DNA of 62,962 nt, filler included, from Deltaproteobacteria bacterium (GTDB lineage Bacteria; Myxococcota; JACRCW01), in the NCBI GenBank assembly GCA_016218805.1. It is 3 parts of 3 records of this genome, joined end to end, with 100 filler letters (N's around TTAATTAATTAA, not from the genome) between each part and the next. Parts side by side here need not be neighbours in the genome. Positions count along the whole stretch, not along the records: positions 42,424 to 62,962 come from JACRCW010000111.1; 2 more parts are not named here. One strand, written 5' to 3'. A program made the translations under genes and the position numbers. Positions 52,510 through 62,399 of this stretch are shown here, in pieces (position 1 is the stretch's first letter; every line of letters begins with the position of its first letter). The notes under the pieces were generated by a model that saw nothing but the letters and a program-made list of their open reading frames with translations, ran no database searches and had not been told where the DNA came from.

Positions 52510-52722
52510 TCAGCGCTCGTCGTACATTGAGTCGTGAACGGCCCATGAGCGCCTGGCCACTCCCCGCCACAGCGCCACGACGGTGGGGCGCGGCGACGGC
52601 CTGCCCCAGACTTCACGAACGGCTTCGCGCACCAGTTGGGCCACGGTTTTTCCGGAGCGCCGCGACGCGGCGTGGAGAGCCGCCAACTCTTCTTCAGGGA
52701 GGTAGATCTGGGTTCTCACCAT
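52510..52722 (-). CDS. CopG/ribbon-helix-helix antitoxin (VapB-like)
   Basis: MVRTQIYL.EE...L...S...G.TVA.LVREAV, directly upstream of the PIN remnant. Confidence 0.8.
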   Translation of the reverse strand: MVRTQIYLPEEELAALHAASRRSGKTVAQLVREAVREVWGRPSPRPTVVALWRGVARRSWAVHDSMYDER

Positions 52723-53007
52723 AGGAGTCATCCTGAGGGTGCTGACAACATCTGTCCAATGCAACTGTGCACCTGCTTTGCGGGGACAGTGATGGGGGTG
52801 GGACTGCCAATGATGGAAGACGACAGCGAAGCGCTGGGAGGCCACCGGCGCCACCGCACGGTTCCCCGGTCTCCAAGAGTGGACACACGCTGGAGACGGC
52901 GTTTCCCGGCCGGTTACCGCCGCACCCGGGCAGGCGCGTCCCCACCACGGCAGACCGGGCCACGGCCGTTTGGTGCGGGCCCCGGCTCGCTGCTAGGCCT
53001 CGCGTCC

Positions 53008-54597
53008 ATGGAGCTCTTCGGCCGCTTCGTCCTGCTGGAGCGCATTGGCGCCGGCGGCATGGCGGAGGTCTTCCGTGCGGTGATGCGCGGGGACTCAGGG
53101 TTTGTCCGCACGGTGGCGGTCAAGCGCATCCTCCCGTCCCTGTCCCAGGATTCTGAAGCAGCCCGGATGCTGGTGGAGGAGGCCAACCTGGCCGCGGCCA
53201 TTGACCATCCCAACGTGGTCAAGGTGCTGGACCTGGGCCGCCACGGGGACTGCCACTTCATGGCCATGGAGTACCTGGTGGGCGCCACGCTGGCCGAGGT
53301 GCTGCGCACCTGCCTGGCCGCCGGCACGCCTCTCCCGCAGGCCATGGTGGTCCACATCCTGGCGCAGGTGCTGCGTGGCCTGGCGCACGCGCATTCGCTC
53401 CGGGATGCCACGGGCCGCCCGCTGGACATCATCCACCGTGACGTGGCGCCGGAGAACGTGATGGTGTGTTTTGACGGGCGCGCGGTGCTGATGGACTTTG
53501 GCGTGGCGCGCGCGGCGGACCGGGCGCGCCTCACGCTGGCGGGCAGCCTGCGCGGCCGGCCGGCGTACATGAGCCCGGAGGTGGTGCGCGGTGACGCGGT
53601 GACCCAGGCGCTGGACCTGTACGCCGCGGCCGTCCTGCTGCACGAAGCGCTCTCCATGCGCCCCATGCGCAACGCCAGCTCCGACGTGCAGATGCTGACC
53701 GTGGTGGCGCGCGGCGGGTTTCCCACGTTTGAGTCCCTGGGGGTCACGGTGCCGCCGCCGCTGGCCGCGGTGGTCTACCGCGCGCTGCAGGATGACCCGC
53801 GCCGCCGCTTCCCGGATGCGGGCGCATTCCTGGGCGCGCTGGAGGGCGCGGCCAACGTGCTGGACTGGCGGTGGACGGCGGATGACACTGCGCGCTTCCT
53901 GGCGGAGCGCCTGGCTGAGGTGCGCGAGCGCGAGGCGCGCGCGGAGGCGCGTTGGCACGGGTGGGTCCAGAAGATCCGCACGGCCAGTCCCCGCAAGCTG
54001 TCCCGCCTGGTGGCCGAGGTGAACGGCCAGGCCCACGCCCGCTGGCCGCTGGTGGCGGGCGGAGCGGTGGGTGCCGCGTTGTTGGCGGCCGGTGCCTGGG
54101 CGGCCTGGCCCGCCCCCCCGCCGCCCCCGGCCGCCGTGGTGGCGCCGCCCCCGCCGCCCAAGCCGCCACCCGCGCGCGTGGTGCTGCTGCAGACCGAGCC
54201 TGACGGTGCGCGCGTGACGGTGGCGGGGACCCCGCGTGGCGAAGCCCCGCTCAACGTGTCCGTTCCGCCCGGCGCGCCCGTGGAGGTGGCGGTGGAACTG
54301 GCGGGGTACGCGGTGGTCCGCCGCACGCTGAGCCACGCGGACGCGCCGGAGACGCTGCTGGTGAAGTTGGAACCGCTGGCCGGCGCCACCGGGACGCTGT
54401 CCCTGCAGACCACGCCGTGGGGCAAGGTTTACGTGGACGGCAAGGACACCGGGCAGTTCACGCCGCTCAAGTCGCTGGAGCTGTCAGCCGGCAAGCACCG
54501 CATCCGGGTGCGCAACACGGAGCTGGGGGTGGCCGCGGATTTTGAGGTGGACATTGCGCCGGGGCGCAACCAGCGGGTGTCCCGGCGGCTGAACTGA
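53008..54597 (+). CDS. Membrane Ser/Thr protein kinase with PEGA domains
   Basis: GAGGMAEV, VAVKRI, HRDVAPEN, DFG, YMSPE; TM; TEPDGARV and PWGKVYVDG..TG..TP. Confidence 0.92.
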   Translation: MELFGRFVLLERIGAGGMAEVFRAVMRGDSGFVRTVAVKRILPSLSQDSEAARMLVEEANLAAAIDHPNVVKVLDLGRHGDCHFMAMEYLVGATLAEVLRTCLAAGTPLPQAMVVHILAQVLRGLAHAHSLRDATGRPLDIIHRDVAPENVMVCFDGRAVLMDFGVARAADRARLTLAGSLRGRPAYMSPEVVRGDAVTQALDLYAAAVLLHEALSMRPMRNASSDVQMLTVVARGGFPTFESLGVTVPPPLAAVVYRALQDDPRRRFPDAGAFLGALEGAANVLDWRWTADDTARFLAERLAEVREREARAEARWHGWVQKIRTASPRKLSRLVAEVNGQAHARWPLVAGGAVGAALLAAGAWAAWPAPPPPPAAVVAPPPPPKPPPARVVLLQTEPDGARVTVAGTPRGEAPLNVSVPPGAPVEVAVELAGYAVVRRTLSHADAPETLLVKLEPLAGATGTLSLQTTPWGKVYVDGKDTGQFTPLKSLELSAGKHRIRVRNTELGVAADFEVDIAPGRNQRVSRRLN

Positions 54598-54820
54598 GCG
54601 GGCGGCCGGGCGCCGGCGCTCACGCCGGTTCGGGCGTCTGCGCGGCGGGAGGCAGCGTGATGCTCTCCGGGATCTCCTCCTCAGCCGCCTTCTTGCGCGC
54701 CTCCACCTTGGCCTGACCCTCGGCGGGGGCCAGCGGGTTTTGGCCTGGGCCAGCGCCGCCGCGTTCCCCGGGAGCGGCGTCACGGGCCGCCCGGTGTCCC
54801 TTTTTGCCCCCGAAGGGTGC

Positions 54821-54990
54821 CTCTGGACACCCTGCAATGTAGGTACGGTGGCTCCACAGACCCCTTCCGGAGGGTCTGCAGGGGGGTGCCGGACACTCTG
54901 CAGACCCCTCCCGGAGGGTCTGCAATGCCCTGCCGGGCGGTCCGCATGGGGGTACCGGACGCCCGAAGTGGGTACCCGGAGGCCCTGCAA
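54821..54990. repeat. Degenerate minisatellite, period 22 nt, with two 24-bp palindromic units
   Basis: CAGACCCCTYCCGGAGGGTCTGCA at 54857 and 54901; CCGGA at 54867, 54889, 54911, 54955, 54976; TGCA at 54833, 54877, 54899, 54921, 54986. Confidence 0.7.
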
Positions 54991-55718
54991 CCGGGTGCCT
55001 GCCGCGCTCCGGCGGCCGCCGCGAACTACTCCTCAGTGACGGATTCCTACGCGTATTGCGCCCAGGATGGATGGAACACCGGCTATCTGCCTGGGACCTG
55101 CACGGCCGCCGCTGCGCCCCGCCACCGGTGGTGGAGTTTCCTGCCGGCGGTGGCCTGTATGCCGCGCCCGTGTCCGAACTGCGTGGCACCTCCGAGGGCG
55201 CGACGGTGGAAGCCTGGGTCGGCGGAGCAGTGATCGCGTCCGCACCGGTCTCCGGCGGGCGGTTCGTTCCTGCCGCTACAACCCCCCATGGGTGAGGGCA
55301 TCCCGGACATTGAGGCAAGGTGCGTTGCTGGACTTCTGGAGTTTCCCCTTATCCCGCAACTATGCCCTGAATTAGCGCGGCAGAGACCCTCCTTCAAAGA
55401 GCGGTGGATGGCCTGGAGGTGGCTTTGGGAAGGGAGGGTGACAGGCAGGACATGATCGATGAGGCGCTCCAGAACCGCCTCAATGCGACCTGGGTGTGGC
55501 CAACGAGCACTTACAGGGTTACGACGCTGCTTGATTTCCTTACGCCATCACCGGGCCGCAGAAGAGTGCGTCCACACTGGGACGCCCTTCGCCAGGGGAC
55601 CCTTCTCGAGTTGCGGGTCTTGAGATGCCCATGGGAACAGCGGGCGCGGGCACGGGTGCGTTCCAGGTCGTCTACACGGGAGCCAGGCGCTCGACGGCGG
55701 CTACGAGGGGGTGTCGCC

Positions 55719-57314
55719 ATGGCCGGCAGAGTGACCCGCTGGGGTCTCATCGGTGTCGCCTGCTTCGCGTGCAACGGCGACGGAGCCGATGAGGGTCCGC
55801 GGTTCCCCTACAATCTGGTGCATGTCGAGCAGAATGAGTATCCCGATTTGGCGACCAACGGCGTCCTGCGTGTCGGCATTGGCGGAGTGGAACGCATTGA
55901 CGGCATTACCCTTGACGGTATTCCGTTGCCCCTGGACGAGTTGGAGCGCACGCCGGGCTATGTCAACGCGTATGTCTACAGACTCCAACTGTCCGGTCAG
56001 TTCGCTCCGGGCATGCACACATTGCGTGCTTTTGGTGATGGCGAAATCACTTGGCCGATTCCGTTGTTTGATGCCGGGTTTCCCAGGTGGAGCACCAACG
56101 ATTCCGGGTTCGCAACACTCTGGGGCGATTGCCTGGGTTGGTTTCCGGCCGTTGACGGTGTTCGTCGTGTGTGTGTGGATCAAATCTACATTCGCGTTGA
56201 GCATTTCGTGAGGGATCCGGCGGCGCCGGTCTTCACGTTCTGGGCCGCCAGTCACAACGAGGTCTACACGTGGAACATCTTCCTGCCGGGCCTGGCCATG
56301 AGCCGGCCCAATGCCGGCTCGGATGCCGTGCTGGTGATGATCTTCAACGGGGAGACGGAGGGAACCACGCAGATTGCCGCTGCGCATCCAGGCCGGTGGT
56401 GGCCGGGAGAGTCAGATGTGCACGCGGTGGCTACGATTCCGCGGTTCACCGGCGGCGGAACTGTTTGGCATCACGGTGACCGGGAGTACCTGGTCCTGGC
56501 ATCACCGGACCTGGTCACCGCGCACCCGTGGAACCCGGAGGCGCTGACGGTGGAGCAGGAAGGCACGCGGGTGCCTACGGGGCTGGGGGCGGTCTGGACG
56601 GCGGTTGGCGTTGACCTTGATCAGGATGGAAAGGACGAGTTGGTGGTGTCCAAGGAGAATGGGCTCGATATTGTACGGGGTGCCCCGGAGACAGGCTGGG
56701 AGGTGGTAGCGGCGGTGAGTGGCGAGGGAACGTGTGCCTTCACGCCCCGGCAATGGCGGCCATCGATGGCGGACCTGGACGGTGATGGCATGCTGGACGT
56801 GGCATGCACGCGGTACGGCGGCGGGATTGACGTCATTTACACAAACGCCGACGGAACATTCGACGTGCGCCCAAATCTGCTGGACCCCGGATGCGAAACG
56901 GCGGTGGACACGGGTCTGTCATCCGCCACTGCTGGGCTGCTGGACAAGGACCGCAAGCCGTACGTGATGGCTGCCCTGGGTGAGGGGGAGTTTGGAGTGT
57001 TTTTCCGGATGACTGGGCGCGGGACGTTTGTAAGGGAGGACTTCCGGGCCCCGCTTCAGCGCCTGACTTCCTGGGGCTCAAACGATGACCTGTATGACGT
57101 CGACGGGGATGGGTGCGCCGACTTTGTCCAGGGAATGCGCTCCAGGATCTCGCCCTGGCGGCGGCCGGCGTATGAGGCGGAAGACGGACTGTTTGGTCCA
57201 CGGAAACTGGAGCTCATCACGGGTGAGGACCTGCTGAAGCGGCCGGCCTGGCGCCACGCAGCGAGGTTGAGGCTGGCGCAGGACCACGCGCTGCCGTCAA
57301 GCGGGCCGCCATGA
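55719..57314 (+). CDS. FG-GAP/VCBS-repeat lipoprotein
   Basis: CFAC lipobox-like; DLDQDGKDELVV, DLDGDGMLDVA, DVDGDGCADFV; composition less GC-rich than the flanks. Confidence 0.75.
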   Translation: MAGRVTRWGLIGVACFACNGDGADEGPRFPYNLVHVEQNEYPDLATNGVLRVGIGGVERIDGITLDGIPLPLDELERTPGYVNAYVYRLQLSGQFAPGMHTLRAFGDGEITWPIPLFDAGFPRWSTNDSGFATLWGDCLGWFPAVDGVRRVCVDQIYIRVEHFVRDPAAPVFTFWAASHNEVYTWNIFLPGLAMSRPNAGSDAVLVMIFNGETEGTTQIAAAHPGRWWPGESDVHAVATIPRFTGGGTVWHHGDREYLVLASPDLVTAHPWNPEALTVEQEGTRVPTGLGAVWTAVGVDLDQDGKDELVVSKENGLDIVRGAPETGWEVVAAVSGEGTCAFTPRQWRPSMADLDGDGMLDVACTRYGGGIDVIYTNADGTFDVRPNLLDPGCETAVDTGLSSATAGLLDKDRKPYVMAALGEGEFGVFFRMTGRGTFVREDFRAPLQRLTSWGSNDDLYDVDGDGCADFVQGMRSRISPWRRPAYEAEDGLFGPRKLELITGEDLLKRPAWRHAARLRLAQDHALPSSGPP

Positions 57315-57367
57315 CGCTCTTGTAGCGAGAACGCCCGGCCGGTTCCTGGTTATTGCTCTACTCCGCC

Positions 57368-58600
57368 TCACCCCAGCACAAACCCCAGCACCAGCAGCGC
57401 TGCGCCCAGACCGCCGGCGCCCAGCGCGCCCGCTGCCGCCAGCACGGCCAACACGCCCCCGCCAATCCACGCTGCCACCAGCGCCCGGTACAGCGGTGAG
57501 ACCTCCGCGCCCGCGTAGCGCGGTTGCACCCAGGACAGCCCGTACCCGGCCGAGGACAGCGCCGCGCCGCCGGCCCCCGCCAGCGCGGCCACGCCGGCCA
57601 CCATGAACAGCGCCGTGCCACCGCCCAACATCAGCGCGCGGAGCGGCGGGCCAGACTCCGCCGCCGGCGGCGGGGTGGGCGGCGGTGGCGCCGGGGCCGG
57701 GGTCTCCACGGGTGGGGGCGGGTCCTCGCGCGGAGGCGGGGCGGGCGGCGGCCGCTCGGTGCCGGGCGGCGGGGGAGGTGCCAGTTCCGGGAGGGCCTCA
57801 GCCGGCGCGCGGCCCTGCGCCAGGTGGACGGGCGCCGGCGTGGCCACGGGCGCGTCGCGCACCGGTGAGGCCGCGCGCTCCAGCGAGCGCAGCGCCTCCG
57901 CGGCACCGGCGGCCACGTCGGCCGGCACCGCCAGGCGCAGCGGCTCGGTGGCGGTCCCGCGCCGGGCCACCGCGGCATACGCGGCGTTGCGTGCTTCCAG
58001 CACCAGGTCCATCCCGCCGGACTTGCCCGCGCGCTCCCACAGCGCCACGTCCGGGATCTGCCCCCGGACGCTGGTGCCCCCGGCGTTGAGGCGGAAGGGC
58101 TGGTAGGGGATGTCCCCGTGGGCGCGGGCGTAGATCACCAGCGAGGCAACGTCCTCCACGTGACCCGCCAGCTGCACCGTCACCACCGCGCCCGGCTCCA
58201 GGGCCGCGTCCGCCAGCTCCACCCCGTGCGCCTCGCGCCAGGTTGCGCGGCGGCGGCCCAGCGCCGCCCGCATGGGCGGCGAAGCGTCCGCGGGCCCCGG
58301 TTCAAACAGCGGCTCCAGCGACACCAGTTCGTCAAAGGCCGCCTCCGCCTTGGCCCGCCGCCCCATGGCGAACAGGCAGGCCCCCTTGAGCCACCGCAGC
58401 TTGACCAACTCGGGCCGGGTGAGCGCCGGGTCCTTCTCGGCGGCCCCCAACCGGGCCAGCGCGCTGGCGAACGCGCCGTCCTCATAGGACCGCTGCGCCG
58501 CGTCCACCTCAGGGTGCGCCAACGCCAGCGCCGGTACGAGCAGCGCACACGCTACAAGGACCGCCCGGTTCCGCCCCACCAATCGGCAACCCCGTGCCAT
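57368..58600 (-). CDS. Exported TPR-like protein with Pro-rich linker and C-terminal TM helices
   Basis: Signal peptide (ALA), helical repeat G..LFAMGR..KA..AF..L..LEP, Gly/Ala-rich C-terminus. Confidence 0.7.
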   Translation of the reverse strand: MARGCRLVGRNRAVLVACALLVPALALAHPEVDAAQRSYEDGAFASALARLGAAEKDPALTRPELVKLRWLKGACLFAMGRRAKAEAAFDELVSLEPLFEPGPADASPPMRAALGRRRATWREAHGVELADAALEPGAVVTVQLAGHVEDVASLVIYARAHGDIPYQPFRLNAGGTSVRGQIPDVALWERAGKSGGMDLVLEARNAAYAAVARRGTATEPLRLAVPADVAAGAAEALRSLERAASPVRDAPVATPAPVHLAQGRAPAEALPELAPPPPPGTERPPPAPPPREDPPPPVETPAPAPPPPTPPPAAESGPPLRALMLGGGTALFMVAGVAALAGAGGAALSSAGYGLSWVQPRYAGAEVSPLYRALVAAWIGGGVLAVLAAAGALGAGGLGAALLVLGFVLG

Positions 58601-58635
58601 GGCGGGTCCATACCCCACTCCGCCGCGTGTGCTAA

Positions 58636-59742
58636 GTGTCCTGCGTGCACAATCATCCAGCCCACCGTCCCGACGCCGTCGCCGGGTGCCTCCGCGGCGC
58701 GCTGCTTGGGGTTGCCGCAGGGGTGCTGCTCACCGCCTGCCCGCTCCCGGTGATGCCCTGCCGGTCTGACGCGGACTGTGATGTCCGCAACCGCTGTGAC
58801 CTGGCGTCGCCCAACGCGGACGGCGAGGGACAGTGCGTGCTGCGGATTGGCCCCGGTGGCTCGGGAACCGCGTCCTCCAGTTCATCCGGGGGCTCCAGCG
58901 GCGGCACCTCGGCCGGCGGCAGCTCCAGCATCGGCCCGGTGCCGTCGTCGTCCGCCGCCGGCTCCACGGGGCAGGGGAGTTCGTCCGCCGGGGCCACCTC
59001 CGGGCAGGCCACCAGCGCACCGCCAGCGTCGTCCGCCTCGGGCGCGTCCAGCCGTCCCGGCGACCCGTCATCCTCCGCCGCCTCCTCCTCGGCGTCCGCA
59101 CCCGCCTCCAGCGGCGTGTCGGCACCGCCCTCGTCCGGTGGCGGTGCGTCGTCCGCGTCCGCGGCCACCTCCGCGGCGGCCACCTCCGGGGCGCCCGCTT
59201 CGTCCGCGGGTGCCTCCTCGGCCGCCGGTGCCTCCTCGGCCTCCCCGTCGTCGGCCGGCGCCGGGTCGTCCTTGGGCACATCGTCGTCGCTGGCTGTCCC
59301 GTCGTCGTCGCCGGGCGCTTCTTCGTCCGCGGGCTGTTCCGTGCTGGGTTGCCCCACCGGCCAGCGCTGCGTGGCGGAACAGTGCATCTGTGACCCGCTC
59401 AGCTGCCGCACGGGCTGTTGCGATGGCACCGTGTGCCGCCTGGGGGCCAACCAGAAGACCAAGTGCGGCAGCGCCGGCCGCCCCTGCCAGGCGTGTCTGG
59501 GCAACTGCGTCAACCACGTGTGCGCCGGGCAGTGCACGGCCACCAACTGCCCCACAGGCTGCTGCACCGGGAACGACTGTGTGCCCGCGGACCGGCTGGC
59601 GTGCGCGGGGGATGCGGCGCGCCTGTGCGCCGTGTGTGACCCCGCCGTGGCGGATTCCTGTGGCCCGCTGGGCTGCCAGTGCGGCGGCGCCGCGGCCTGC
59701 GTGACGCCGCGGACCTGCGTCAGCAACGCCTGCGTGCCGTGA
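58636..59742 (+). CDS. Ser/Ala-rich, Cys-rich putative lipoprotein
   Basis: LTAC lipobox, C.SD.DC, long Ser/Ala/Gly linker, C..GCC....C repeats; start uncertain. Confidence 0.7.
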   Translation: MSCVHNHPAHRPDAVAGCLRGALLGVAAGVLLTACPLPVMPCRSDADCDVRNRCDLASPNADGEGQCVLRIGPGGSGTASSSSSGGSSGGTSAGGSSSIGPVPSSSAAGSTGQGSSSAGATSGQATSAPPASSASGASSRPGDPSSSAASSSASAPASSGVSAPPSSGGGASSASAATSAAATSGAPASSAGASSAAGASSASPSSAGAGSSLGTSSSLAVPSSSPGASSSAGCSVLGCPTGQRCVAEQCICDPLSCRTGCCDGTVCRLGANQKTKCGSAGRPCQACLGNCVNHVCAGQCTATNCPTGCCTGNDCVPADRLACAGDAARLCAVCDPAVADSCGPLGCQCGGAAACVTPRTCVSNACVP

Positions 59743-59761
59743 CCGGCGGGCGGCGCGCGCT

Positions 59762-60274
59762 TCAGCCGCCCAGCAGCAGGGCCAGCAGGCGGCGCGCGGT
59801 CATGAACTGCAGCGGCAGCTCCCCCAGGGACACGCGGTCGCCGTCGCTGAGCGTGCGCTCCCCGGCGGGGGCAAGCGGCTGGGCGCCGATGCGGGTCCCC
59901 AGCGTGCTGCCCAGGTCCTCCACGGTCACGTCGTCAGCGCCCACGCGGAAGCGGGCGTGCGCGTGGCTGACGGCGGCATGCGGGATGACAATGTCACCCT
60001 TGGGATCCCGGCCCACGGTCACGGTGGTCCGTCCGACGGGCAGCCGGCGCCGCAGCGGCCAGCACACCATGTCCAGCTCCAGGCCCGCGTCCGCCAGGCC
60101 TGGGGGCGGCGGGCGGATGCTGGCCACCGTCCGCTGCGACGGCAGCGCCACCTCCGCGGGGAGCAGGCCCACGAGCGCATAGCCGTCCAGCCCATGGATG
60201 CGGGCGGCCTCCGCCTCACCGTGGCGCACCACGTCAGCCAGCAACGACGACAGCAGTACGGGGTGGATACTCAT
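59762..60274 (-). CDS. FHA domain protein
   Basis: VGR....DI.I....VS..HA, VEDLGST.GT, L.DGD.V.LG. Confidence 0.85.
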   Translation of the reverse strand: MSIHPVLLSSLLADVVRHGEAEAARIHGLDGYALVGLLPAEVALPSQRTVASIRPPPPGLADAGLELDMVCWPLRRRLPVGRTTVTVGRDPKGDIVIPHAAVSHAHARFRVGADDVTVEDLGSTLGTRIGAQPLAPAGERTLSDGDRVSLGELPLQFMTARRLLALLLGG

Positions 60275-61323
60275 GGCGCAGCCCCCTCCTTCTTGCGGAT
60301 GAACGCGCGCACGCGGGTGACCATGGCCAGATGCATGGGATTGGCCGGGTCCAGATGCGCGGCGGTTTCCAGCTCCTGCAGCGCCTGGAGGTGGGCGCCG
60401 CCCAATCGCAGCAGCAGCACACCGGCCTGGAAGTGCAGTGCCGCCTGCCCGGGTTGCTCGGCGGTGGCGCCGCGGTACAGGCGGGCGCCTTCCGCGGCGT
60501 TGCCGTTCTTCTCGGCCTCAGCGGCCATGGCGGCCAGCACGGCGGACCGCTCCGGCGCGCGCGCCGGGTCTTCCAGAAAGGCCCGCCAGTTGGCGCCCTC
60601 GTCGGGGAGCGGGCCCGCGGCGGCGGCCAGGGCAAGCTCGCGCCGCGCCACCGGGTAGTCCCCGCGCACCAGCGCCGTGCGGCACGCCTCCAGGTGGGCG
60701 GCCGCGTCCATGACCACGTACGCCGGAACCGGAACCGGCGGCGGGGTCGGGGGCGGCGTCGGGGGCGGGGCCGGCGGCGCGGCCAGGAACTCCACGGGCG
60801 CCGGCGTCACCGCGCGGCGCGTGCCATCCGGGCGCGTCAGGACCACCGAGGTGACCGGCACCGGGCGCCCCACCTTGGGCAGCGCCGGCAAGAACCGGAT
60901 GACCCCCATGTCCCGCAGGCGCAACAGGGACCGCGCCGCGTCCAGCACCGCCAGTCCGCTGGCGGCCACCACGTCATCCGCATTGGTGCGGCCGTCCATC
61001 AGGGACAGCAGGTAGCCCTCAAACGGCGTCAGCAGCAGCCCTTCCAGCACCACCCCGGCAACCCGCTCGGGCACGCCGTGGAACCCCAGCGCGTCCACGC
61101 CCGTCACCGCCGTGAGGCCGGAGACCGCCCCGGGACTGCTGTCCGGGGGCGGCAGCAAATCCACGGAGCGCAACGCCGGGCCGGGCAGCGGCCGTGAGTT
61201 GGACACCGGCGTGCGGGCCGCCGGCGCAGACTGGCGGACGTGCCCGCACTTGGTGCAGACGACCGCGTCTTCGCTGAGCCACTCCTGGTGGCACCCGCCG
61301 CACAGCGTGTGATGGCCGCCCAT
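60271..61323 (-). CDS. Hypothetical protein with N-terminal Zn ribbon and C-terminal TPR
   Basis: CGGC...CTKC, LTP.EGYLLS.MDG, TPR-like A..LDP.N; its stop overlaps the FHA gene start. Confidence 0.7.
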   Translation of the reverse strand: MGGHHTLCGGCHQEWLSEDAVVCTKCGHVRQSAPAARTPVSNSRPLPGPALRSVDLLPPPDSSPGAVSGLTAVTGVDALGFHGVPERVAGVVLEGLLLTPFEGYLLSLMDGRTNADDVVAASGLAVLDAARSLLRLRDMGVIRFLPALPKVGRPVPVTSVVLTRPDGTRRAVTPAPVEFLAAPPAPPPTPPPTPPPVPVPAYVVMDAAAHLEACRTALVRGDYPVARRELALAAAAGPLPDEGANWRAFLEDPARAPERSAVLAAMAAEAEKNGNAAEGARLYRGATAEQPGQAALHFQAGVLLLRLGGAHLQALQELETAAHLDPANPMHLAMVTRVRAFIRKKEGAAP

Positions 61324-61380
61324 GCACCCGTCCCCGCACTCCATACGCGGGCTCAGACGCAACCGCCAACAGTTCTCCCG

Positions 61381-62361
61381 TCAGCGCGGTGCTGCGGCGG
61401 CCGCCAGCGCCGCCTCCACCCGCGCGCGCGTGGCCGGCGGCGCGGCCGGACCCCACGCCAGTCCCACGCCGCCTTCCGCCCGGCCAAGCACGCGCTCGCC
61501 GCCCTGGAAGCGGCCCTCCACCGCGTCCCGGACCGCGCCAAACACCGCGGCGGACAGGTCCTTGCTCACGCTGCACAGCACCTGCTGCGGCGCTTCGGCC
61601 GCCTGGTCCACGTCCACACCAATGGCCCACCGCCGGTGCGCCCGCGCCGAGTCAAACAGCCCCAGACCCGACGCGCCCGCCGCGTGGAACACCACGTCAG
61701 CGCCGGCGCCGTACAGCCCGTCCGCCAGTGTGCGCGCGCGCCCCGGATTGCTGAACGCGCCCTGGCCCTCACCCACAAACACCTCCTTCACGCGCGTCCC
61801 GGGCCGCACGCTCTCCACGCCGGCCCGGTAGCCCGCCAGGAAGCGGCGGATGGGGCCGCTGTCCACCCCACCCAGGAACCCCACCGTACCCGTCGTCGTG
61901 GCCGCGCCGGCCGCCAGCCCGGCCAGACGGCCCGCCTCGTCGTCGCGGAAGCGGATGAACAGCGCGTTGGCGGGAACGCCGCCGGCCGGGGCCTCACAGT
62001 CCACGCAGGCCAGGCGCGCCGCGGGGCGTTCGCCCGCCACGCGCACCACGTCCGGGACAAAGCGGAACCCCACCGCCACCACCAGCATGTTGCCCTCATC
62101 CACCAGCCGCCGAAGCGTGGCGGCGCGCGCCTGCGCGCTGGGGGCCTCCACCACGGCCACCACCGCGCCCAGCTCGCGCGCAGCCCGCAACAGCCCGTCG
62201 TTGGCCGCCTGGTTGAAGCCGCGGTCCCCGGCGCCGCCCTCGTCAAACACCATGGTGACCCGCGCCGCACCCCGGTCCACCAGGCGCGGGGCGGCGTGCA
62301 GGGCTGCGGCGGCGGCGCAGGCCAGGAGGAACGCAGCGGCGCGGGCAAGGGGGGCCAGCAT
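61381..62361 (-). CDS. BMP-family ABC substrate-binding protein
   Basis: GG.GDRGFNQ.A..G, GFLGG, F.AG, GADVVFHAAG.SGLG, AIGVDVDQ. Confidence 0.88.
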   Translation of the reverse strand: MLAPLARAAAFLLACAAAAALHAAPRLVDRGAARVTMVFDEGGAGDRGFNQAANDGLLRAARELGAVVAVVEAPSAQARAATLRRLVDEGNMLVVAVGFRFVPDVVRVAGERPAARLACVDCEAPAGGVPANALFIRFRDDEAGRLAGLAAGAATTTGTVGFLGGVDSGPIRRFLAGYRAGVESVRPGTRVKEVFVGEGQGAFSNPGRARTLADGLYGAGADVVFHAAGASGLGLFDSARAHRRWAIGVDVDQAAEAPQQVLCSVSKDLSAAVFGAVRDAVEGRFQGGERVLGRAEGGVGLAWGPAAPPATRARVEAALAAAAAPR

Positions 62362-62399
62362 GACGCCCAGCGTGGTGCCGGGCACCGGGTGCAGGCAAG

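Noticed and set aside
54857..54924. Mini-CRISPR array (two 24-bp palindromic repeats)
   Set aside because: Only two units, a 20-nt spacer itself made of the same motifs, and no cas genes or leader.
58860..59340. Long low-complexity TCGTCC/GCC-rich tract with ORFs open on both strands
   Set aside because: Explained by the Ser/Ala/Gly linker of the + strand lipoprotein.
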